The notes: generated by a model from the letters alone, not told the origin. Counted from the first letter of the stretch, positions 1 through 6,823 are shown. The stretch: 8,198 nt of DNA from Octopus sinensis (GCF_006345805.1 NW_021828512.1:1-8198), one strand, 5' to 3'. Made by a program: numbers and translations.

Positions 1-78
1 GATGCAATTTCAAGGGATTTAAATGGGATTAACTGTAACGCTAGTGAAGTCTGCAATAACAAACTGAGTTTCCACTTC

Positions 79-342
79 TATGTATGTATGTATGTATGTA
101 TGTATGTATGTATGTATGTATGTATGTATGTATGTATGTATGTGTGTATGTGTGTATGTACGTATGTTGTATGTATGTATGTATGTATGTACGTACGTAC
201 GTATGTATGTATGTATGTATGTATGTACGTACGTACGTATGTATGTATGTATGTATGTATGTATGTATGTATGTATGTACGTACGTACGTACTACGTATG
301 TATGTATGTATGTATGTATGTATGTATGTATGTATGTATGTG

Positions 343-378
<36 letters not shown>

Positions 379-420
379 TACACGTCTATATATATGTATG
401 TATATATATATGCATATATA
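79..420. repeat. Compound microsatellite (TATG)n with TACG interruptions, followed by (TA)n
   Basis: Directly visible tandem TATG/TACG units from 79 to ~340, then TA runs to ~420. Confidence 0.97.
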
Positions 421-519
421 CGAATGCGTTTCTAGATTAGGAATATAAAATCCATGTCTTTCATCAGCGTTAATGTATATATATGTACACATATTTATGT
501 ATATGTGTATGTATATATG

Positions 520-547
520 GTGAAGGCGCATGGCTCAGTGGTTAGAG
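520..547 (+). mobile_element. Truncated 5' head of a tRNA-derived SINE (A-box only)
   Basis: GAAGGCGCATGGCTCAGTGGTTAGAG has a Pol III A-box (TGGCTCAGTGG, 531-541) and a tRNA-like D arm. No B-box follows; the sequence switches to an unrelated fragment. Confidence 0.6.
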
Positions 548-710
548 GACGTGGAACAAGTATAGTGTTATTGGACACTCAGGAAATGAGGAAAGAAGGA
601 GGGTTTAACGTTTCGAACGGAGCTCTTCGTCGGAAACTTAGGAGAAGGAAAGATCCAGAGACGGGAAGACGGAGGAAAAAAGTCGCCAACGGTACACACG
701 CGGTCACATT
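545..710 (-). mobile_element. Penelope-like element (pseudo-LTR) fragment carrying a minimal hammerhead-like motif
   Basis: The minus strand is pyrimidine-rich and contains GTTT-CCGACGA-A-GAGC-TCC-GTTC-GAAA-CG-TT-AAAC, the minimal hammerhead-like pattern typical of PLE pLTRs. Family assignment is an inference. Confidence 0.55.
603..637 (-). ncRNA. Minimal type I hammerhead-like motif (variant core CCGACGA)
   Basis: Stem I GTTT(637-634)/AAAC(606-603); core CCGACGA(633-627); stem II GAGC/GTTC; GAAA(614-611); palindromic ACGT in place of stem III; triplet GUU. Confidence 0.55.
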
Positions 711-872
711 ACATACATATATTACGTTTTCTCTTTCATTCTCCCATTTTTCTTTAGTGTTTCTATTTTTCAGCAATCTTTTTTCTTCTTTTCTTTCTTT
801 CTATACTACCTGTTCATTTGTTGAAGCCCTTACTTTCTTGCTTGTTTCATGTTGTAACCCCATTTCTTCTCT

Positions 873-913
873 TATATATGTATATATATACATATATATA
901 TATATAATATATA

Positions 914-965
<52 letters not shown>

Positions 966-972
966 TATATAT
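873..972. repeat. (TA)n microsatellite, left flank of the direct-repeat element
   Basis: Visible TA run with few interruptions. Confidence 0.95.
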
Positions 973-976
973 TTTT

Positions 977-1268
977 TTTTCGCAGGAAGGAAGTTTCTTC
1001 CGAAGTATACGTCTCGCTTTTATCTTCGAAACGTAGAGTAGATGAAACCTTAGCGACTGAAGAAGGGGATTTTTCGTTGTGCTTATTGTCCTGTATCTCT
1101 CTTTTTTTTGCTTGTCTTGTTCCTTGTTTGTGTCTATGTTTTTCGTCTCTCTATGTGTTCGACGTCTTTTTGGTGTCCTGTACACATATATGCGTGTATA
1201 TGTACATGTAGAGGTAGGTACGTACATATATTTTATATATATGCATATGTTCTATTTTATTAACCTAT
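977..1268 (+). repeat. Direct repeat copy 1 (pseudo-LTR)
   Basis: Aligns by eye to 1837-2127 with a few small indels and substitutions. Confidence 0.95.
1008..1070 (+). ncRNA. Putative non-circularly permuted hammerhead ribozyme, copy 1 (predicted cleavage after C1013)
   Basis: Stem III TACGT(1008-1012)/ACGTA(1031-1035); GTC triplet 1011-1013; stem I TCGCT(1014-1018)/AGCGA(1052-1056); CTGAAGA 1057-1063; stem II GGGGAT(1065-1070)/ATCTTC(1022-1027) after one extra A; GAAA 1028-1031. Confidence 0.7.
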
Positions 1269-1836
1269 TAACGACTAAACGCACGCACCCTATTAAGTAA
1301 GATTGTTCTGTTTATCAAGTTAGCCTTGATATTAACTCTCACGCGACTCTGCATCTCTTTTCTTTCTCTCCCATTCCCTTTTTCGTCCTTTTTCCCTCAC
1401 TTAACTTGTCTCTTCCTCTCTCTCTCATTCTTCATTCTCTCTCTCCCTTTCACCATTCTTCATAGTCTCCTCGCACCATTCCCCTTCTTCTCTCTCTTCC
1501 TCTTGCTCTCTCCCCCATTCCCGTCGTCCATCTGCGACGATACTTCCGTCGTAACTGCTATCCTGTCTTTTCTCGCCCGCCTTCTAAGGCTACTGGTCGA
1601 CATTCTTTCTCTCTCGTCGTCACTATAATCCAGCGTTTGCAATACTTTTTTCGTCTGGCGTTAACAGCCCTTCTTATCTTGTTCTCCTTGTCCTGTCTCT
1701 CACTGTTATATATTTATTTTTCCACTGTTTATATAATTTTTTTTTACTGTTTATATGTTTGTACTGTCGTTACCGTCTTGCTTTTTTTACCATTTTTACC
1801 CCTCTGCGAAAAGATCTCAGAATTTTATTGATTTGC

Positions 1837-2127
1837 TTTTCGCAGGAAGGAAGTTCTTCGAAGTATACGTCTCGCTTTTATCCTTCGAAACGTAGAGTAG
1901 ATGAAACCTTAGCGACTGAAGAGGGGATTTTTCGTTGTGCTTATTGTCCTGTATCTCTCTTTTTTTTGCTTGTCTTGTTCCTTGGTTTGTTGTCTATGTT
2001 TTTCGTTCTCTATGTGTTCGACGTCTTTTTGGTGTCCTGTACACATATATGCGTGTATATGTACATGTAGAGGTAGGTACGTACATATATGTTTTATATA
2101 TGCATATGTTCTATTTTATTAACCTAT
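1837..2127 (+). repeat. Direct repeat copy 2 (pseudo-LTR)
   Basis: Aligns by eye to 977-1268. Confidence 0.95.
1866..1928 (+). ncRNA. Putative non-circularly permuted hammerhead ribozyme, copy 2 (predicted cleavage after C1871)
   Basis: Stem III TACGT(1866-1870)/ACGTA(1890-1894); GTC 1869-1871; stem I TCGCT(1872-1876)/AGCGA(1911-1915); CTGAAGA 1916-1922; stem II GGGGAT(1923-1928)/ATCCTTC(1880-1886, one bulge); GAAA 1887-1890. Confidence 0.72.
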
Positions 2128-2132
2128 ATATA

Positions 2133-2172
<40 letters not shown>
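2125..2172. repeat. (TA)n microsatellite, right flank of the direct-repeat element
   Basis: Visible TA run. Confidence 0.95.
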
Positions 2173-2175
<3 letters not shown>

Positions 2176-3072
2176 ATGTTTAACGTATGGTGTGTGTAAG
2201 CGCAACAGAATTCTATACCTGGCGAATTATAAACTGCTTCGTCGTAATATAATTTTAAAATATAATAAAATATAAACTGGTGAAAAGTTCCTGAACTTTT
2301 CACGTCACCTTTTTAACATTTTGCCTATTAAATATTTTGCATATAAGTTGCATACATAGGGGAAATAATCAGAAGTTGAAAATGTATCAAATCTTTTTCT
2401 TACATACATATGTTCGTGTGTGTACACATGTATATATATATATTTGGAATTTACAGAAGAATAAAAGACGAAGTCAACTGTATGAACAAAGAGCAGATGT
2501 GCGTGGTATAGGTACAAAGTCATATTTGGATGACCTTGATCCGTTTTTACTGTATTTAGCTTCCCAAAACTTTTATCTAACTTTTCCATATTTTTCGTAT
2601 TTAAAATCAGTTGCTTTTCGATAATTAAATAGGCACACATATATATCATCTGTAATGTTTATCATTCAAAATTTAAAGTTTATTGCACGACAGAATAATA
2701 ATAATAATAATAATATATCTGTATATATTTAATTTCTACATGCGAAGAAAAACGCATCCTTTTAAGTAACGATATGACCGACAAACATACCCTTTCAAAA
2801 ATGCTGAAGCGTTTCTTTTTTATATAATATAACCGATTACATCTGAGCTTGTTAAAATTAGATACATACTAATATCAGGATGTATGAAACCAGTAATAGA
2901 TTAATAGAACACGCCAAAATATCTGTCAGGATATTTTTTTATTATTTGTTTTTATTATTTGTATTTCTTAAAAATGCATATTCTTAAATAGGATGTATGA
3001 TTTTAACGCTATTTCAGAGCAAATATACTTTTGTCTCCACAAATGGAAATCCTATATGAAATATTCCAAGAT

Positions 3073-3322
3073 AGGCGCAGGGTGACTGTGTGGTAAGAAT
3101 TGTGCTTCCCAACTACATGGTTCGTGCTTCAGTACTGCAGCGTGAAACCTTGGGCAAGTGCTGTCAGTGTATGTAGGTCTCGTAATCTACCGGTTCGGCC
3201 AAAGTGCCCGATTGAAGTACCAAGTTATAAAAACTAAGTGCAGGTGTCGATTCATTCAACTAAAAAAACGCTCAAGGCACTGCTCCAACATCGACGCTGT
3301 CAAATGACTGAATTAATTAAAG
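3073..3322 (+). mobile_element. Old, internally deleted tRNA-derived SINE related to the copies at 6438-6823 and 7569-8185
   Basis: The head AGGCGCAGGGTGACTGTGTGGTAAG...CCTTGGGCAAGTG and the tail GTCGATTCATTCAACT...TGCTCCAACAT...GTCAAATGACTGAA match the reverse complements of the younger copies, with many substitutions. Confidence 0.8.
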
Positions 3323-3506
3323 TATACTCAACATGATAACGCCGTGTAAACTATTAACGAACTGTTGAAAGAGCAATGCTTTGTGAATAAATTTGGTAGA
3401 TGTTATGTCTCAAAAAAGGAGACGTAACAAATTATCTAATTCAGCCCGATCGTGGTGTATATTACTAGAACCTAAGTCTGCATTCGCAAGGAGTGCCAGT
3501 GGACAC

Positions 3507-3551
3507 CGGCTACTGATGACGCACAAAAATACAGAAATACGTACATAGCTG
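3507..3551 (+). ncRNA. Degenerate type I hammerhead ribozyme relic
   Basis: Stem I CGGCTA(3507-3512)/TAGCTG(3546-3551); exact CTGATGA 3513-3519; GAAA 3534-3537; palindromic TACGTA stem III. Stem II has three C.A mismatches and the U16.1 position is C, so it is probably inactive. Confidence 0.55.
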
Positions 3552-3676
3552 CTATTCCGCCATTATAGCTATGTACTTTTCAGCTGCCACTGATATGTTT
3601 CTGTGCTTTTTTAAGGAGATGTTTCCTCAAAATAAATACCACTTCTAAGGCTTGTATATTTCCGTTAAATATGATA

Positions 3677-3722
3677 TGATATATATATATATATATATAT
3701 ATTTTTTTAATATACACACACA

Positions 3723-3791
<69 letters not shown>

Positions 3792-3940
3792 GGCATACAT
3801 ACATATATACATATGTGCATATATGTATGTCTGTCTGTCTGTCTGCATGTATGTATGTATGTATGTATGTATGTATGTATGTATGTATGTATGTATGTAT
3901 GTATATATGTAAGTATATATAATGTACGTATATATGTATG
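3677..3940. repeat. Compound microsatellite (TA)n/(CA)n/(TGTC)n/(TATG)n
   Basis: Directly visible. Confidence 0.95.
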
Positions 3941-4063
3941 TCGGCATATATTAAATTCAATTTGGTATTAGGAAAATGAGATTAAGTGTCCAGAATTATC
4001 TGTTATTAACCAAGTTAAAAGATTTCTCTCCTAGAAAACCTTCAACTGAGGATTGAATTTTTG

Positions 4064-4102
<39 letters not shown>

Positions 4103-4143
4103 ATATATATATATATATATATTATATGTTTGTGTGTGTGTGT
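4064..4143. repeat. Compound microsatellite (CT)n(TA)n(TG)n
   Basis: Directly visible. Confidence 0.95.
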
Positions 4144-4222
4144 TTTCTCCAAGAAACCGCATAAATGTAATGGTTTTAGCAAAAAGGCGACACCCACATC
4201 AAGTTACAAGGAATTGTTTCAC

Positions 4223-4291
4223 CTGGTTGATTTAATTCGAAACATCTCCAGTAACACCGCTGCGTCTTCTGCAGAATTTACATTCGCGAGC
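4223..4291 (-). CDS. Possible 69-bp coding exon of an unidentified host gene (LANVNSAEDAAVLLEMFRIKST)
   Basis: Minus-strand acceptor TATTTATTCCTTTCAG ends at 4292. The frame is open, non-repetitive and higher in GC than its flanks. It ends at AG|GTGAAA, which is either a donor or, read through, AGG TGA (stop). No homology recognised. Confidence 0.35.
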
Positions 4292-4819
4292 CTGAAAGGA
4301 ATAAATACTTTAATGGATCACAAACCCAGGAAAGTCTAAGTTACTACGTTTTTATTCTCCAGTGAAAATAATGGAAAAGAGAAAAAAAAAACGGCGCAGT
4401 TTGAATCGAAGTGAAGATGTTCACTGTGATGTGAAATCTTGGAACCTAATTTGGTTTCTGTAAAAAAAAAAAAAAGAAACAATGCAAGGTAGAATGGAAC
4501 AAACATACAGGTGAATTAAGTAAAGAAAATTATCTGGTGCTTTTATCTTAAAATTTATGCGGAGAAGAAACCTCTATCTTTTGTTGCAGTTAATAAAATT
4601 TATAGAATATTAGAAATTCAGTTTATTTATGCATGACAGTTTCATATTATCTGCATTGCAATCTGTGTTGCCTGAAGGTTGTTTATGCTTTTTTTTACGA
4701 ATATTTATAACAGGGTACGTGCAATATCATAGCACAAAATACATACCGTGGAGAACAACCACCATACCAAAAAAATACACCACTGGCTTTATATGTGCAT
4801 GTGTAAGCGAGCTGGTGGT

Positions 4820-5355
4820 AAGGCGGTGAGATGGCAGAATCGTTAGCACGCCGGGCGAAATGCTTAGCGGTATTTCGTCTGCCGCTACGTTCTGAGTTCA
4901 AATTCCGCCGAGGTCGACTTTGCCTTTCATCCTTTCGGGGTCGATTAAATAAGTACCAGTTACGCACTGGGGTCGATGTAATCGACTTAATCCGTTTGTC
5001 TGTCCTTGTTTGTCCCCTCTATGTGTAGCCCCTTGTGGGTAGTAAAGAAATAGGTATTTAGTCTGCTGCTACGTTTTGAGTTCAAATTCCGCCGAGGTCG
5101 ACTCTGCCTTTCATCCTTTCGGGGTCGGTAAATTAAGTACCAGTTACGCACTGGGGTCTATGTAATCGACTTAATCCGTTTGTCTGTCCTTGTTTGTCCC
5201 CTCTGTGTGTAGCCCCTTGTGGGTAGTAAAAAGTAGGTATTTCGTCTGTCTTTACGTTCTGAGTTCAAATTCCGCCGATGTCGACTTTGCCTTTCCTCTT
5301 TCCGAAGACGATAAATTAAATACCAGTTGCGTACTGGGGTCAATCTAATCTGCCT
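4820..5355 (+). mobile_element. tRNA-derived SINE with Meta/MESC-like core, body tandemly repeated ~2.6 times
   Basis: Head GGCGGTGAGATGGCAGAATCGTTAG (A-box) and B-box GAGTTCAAATT (4894-4904). The core GACTTTGCCTTTCATCCTTTCGGGGTCGAT...AAGTACC resembles the Meta/MESC SINE domain (from memory). Units start at 4869, 5053 and 5236. Confidence 0.88.
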
Positions 5356-5579
5356 AGTGGAGAAAAGATCATGTATGTATATGGGTATATATCTGTACAT
5401 ATGTGTGTGTGCGTTGTTCAAGGGTGACGTAAATAGCAACTCAAACGCGAGGGAAAAAATAAATAAGCATAGATTTGGTTAGAGATTTGACTCTCAAAAA
5501 ATGGGTAACAAAATGATGAAATATTTTTTAATGCCTCGAGTATACGGTCTTCTGCTGAATGGTAAGACAGAGATGGAAG

Positions 5580-5630
5580 TATCTATATATATGTATATCG
5601 ATGTATGTATGTATATGTATGCATCTATGC

Positions 5631-5663
<33 letters not shown>

Positions 5664-5731
5664 TGTATGTGTGTATATATATATATGCATCTATTCATAT
5701 ATGTATGTATGTATGTACGTAGGTATGTATG
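5580..5731. repeat. Degenerate (TATG)n/(TA)n microsatellite
   Basis: Directly visible. Confidence 0.9.
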
Positions 5732-6236
5732 TCATTGTTCAGTTTTATTTCAAGATTTCTTGCCAATAGAGAAAGATTCAGTTTCCAACCAAGATTCAAG
5801 TCTCATTCGTTGGAATTTCACCATCAACAGGATATTTTGTTAGTATGTATGTATGTATGTATGTATGTATGTATGTATATATGTATGTATATGTAGATTT
5901 GTATGTTTTGTTTTATGTATGTATTCTCATACATATAGTTGCTTATCTAGACATATTCATATATATTTAAGTGATAAACTTCTGGATACTACAGAATTTT
6001 ACAGTTCCGGATCTGTAGTCTTCGAATTAGCTTTCTCCCTTCTGGTTTTGAGAAGCCTAATTTCTCAAGACTGGTATTTAGGTAGTGTGTTACATATCCC
6101 ATGGGCCCAATAATTACAGGTACAAACCCAAACTTGTCATCTGGATAGAATAACTGCAGTTCAGCATAGGTGTTCTGATTTCCAGTTTTAGGTTAACATC
6201 CGCTAGGCAGCTAATTTCAACGACTGTGTACAGTTT
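5732..6236 (-). mobile_element. 5'-truncated 3' end of an R4/Dong-like non-LTR retrotransposon (RLE clade): ORF remnant plus 3' UTR
   Basis: ORF remnant 6236-5967, then a putative UTR with an internal (CATA)n, AATAAA at 5749-5744, ending in a (CATA)n tract. That 5732-5842 belongs to the same element is inferred from its orientation and the poly(A) signal. Confidence 0.7.
5967..6236 (-). pseudogene. Frameshifted C-terminal restriction-like endonuclease (RLE) domain fragment
   Basis: Manual translation with two frameshifts: KLYTVVEISCLADVNLKLEI / NTYAELQLFYPDDKFGFVPVIIGPMGYVTHYLNTSLEKLGFSKPEGRKLIRRLQI / GTVKFCSIQKFIT*. This fits the 'E-I-S-C-P-x-D...K...Y...P-V-I-I-G-x-L-G...GT-x-K' pattern of R4/Dong ORF C-termini. 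Confidence 0.75.
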
Positions 6237-6257
6237 ATGTATATATGTATATATGTA

Positions 6258-6420
6258 AATAATGAGGGAGATAAATTAATGTTAATATAATTAACATCAA
6301 TTTAAAACCAGTAGCCTAGCATACAAAAATCTGAAAAATCAGAGAAAATTCTAATACATGTGTATGTTCAAAGGGCAAGACCTCTAGGTAGTCGGCCGTA
6401 TGCTAGAAATAGATCACCAA
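6258..6420. mobile_element. Unclassified interspersed-repeat fragment related to the insert at 7814-8005
   Basis: Shares ATCAATT(T)AA(A/G)ACCA and, inverted, CTAT(T/A)TCTAGCAT...GACT with 7814-8005. It is bounded by TA-rich repeats and has a 9-bp inverted repeat CTAGCATAC/GTATGCTAG. Confidence 0.45.
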
Positions 6421-6437
6421 TGTATATATGTATACTC

Positions 6438-6823
6438 TCTCTTTTTACTCTTTTACTTGTTTCAGTCATTTGACTGCGGCCATGCTGGAGCACCGCCTTT
6501 AGTCGAGCAAATCGACCCCGGGACTTATTCTTTGTAAGCCCAGTACTTATTCTATCGGTCTCTTTTGCCGAACCGCTAAGTGACGGGGACGTAAACACAC
6601 CAGCATCGGTTGTCAAGCAATGCTAGGGGGACAAACACAGACACACAAACATATACACACACACTTACATATACATATACATATATACGACAGGCTTCTT
6701 TCCGTTTCCGTCTACCAAATCCACTCACAAGGCATTGGTCGGCCCGGGGCTATAGCAGTGGGACTGAACCCGGAACCATGTGGTTGATTAGCAAGCTACT
6801 TACCACACAGCCACTCCTGCGCC
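6438..6823 (-). mobile_element. Near full-length tRNA-derived SINE (Octopus-type) with internal microsatellite and a 27-bp deletion
   Basis: Minus strand: GGCGCAGGAGTGGCTGTGTGG (A-box 6813-6803), B-box GGTTCAGTCCC (6770-6760), internal (TG/TA)n, tail ...CAAATGACTGAAACAAGTAAAAGAGTAAAAAGAG. Highly similar to 7569-8185. Confidence 0.92.

Larger units (their letters stand above)
977..2127 (+). mobile_element. Non-autonomous ribozyme-bearing retroelement (retrozyme- or Penelope-like) with ~290-bp direct terminal repeats
   Basis: 977-1268 and 1837-2127 are near-identical direct repeats (both start TTTTCGCAGGAAGG and end TTAACCTAT). The ~570-bp spacer is CT-rich and non-coding, both flanks are (TA)n, and each repeat has hammerhead core motifs. 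Confidence 0.75.

Noticed and set aside
78-531. Overlapping ORFs rich in MYVC/YIHT
   Set aside because: They are translations of stop-free TATG/TA microsatellites in several frames, not genes. The same applies to the ORFs at 3580-3960, 5501-5843 and 7020-7597.
981-1013. Alternative type I hammerhead using the hairpin GGAAG-TTT-CTTCC followed by GAAG
   Set aside because: There is no CUGANGA upstream, GAAG replaces GAAA, and the hairpin is disrupted in copy 2. The permuted fold explains the region better.
977-2127. Classical LTR retrotransposon or TRIM
   Set aside because: No TG...CA termini, and no recognisable PBS, PPT or discrete target-site duplication. The boundaries look like a partial tandem repeat.
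454-2174. ORFs of 60-195 aa across the PLE-like fragment and the direct-repeat element
   Set aside because: Low-complexity F/L/S or K/R/E sequence caused by strand skew. The frames are not preserved between the two repeat copies, and there are no RT or GIY-YIG motifs.
4820-4910. Functional tRNA gene (also 520-547 and 6750-6823)
   Set aside because: A and B boxes are present but there is no complete cloverleaf, and the sequences continue into SINE bodies or unrelated repeats.
4869-5355. CRISPR-like array
   Set aside because: The units are contiguous 184-bp SINE bodies without unique spacers, in a eukaryotic context.
4629-5439. ORFs overlapping the tandem SINE, and those at 6368-6849
   Set aside because: They are SINE translations. 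Similar peptides can appear as spurious hypothetical proteins, but they carry no domain signal.
5770-5820. Hammerhead-like CCAACGA...GAAA on the minus strand in the LINE UTR
   Set aside because: The core deviates at key positions, and stems I and III cannot be paired convincingly.
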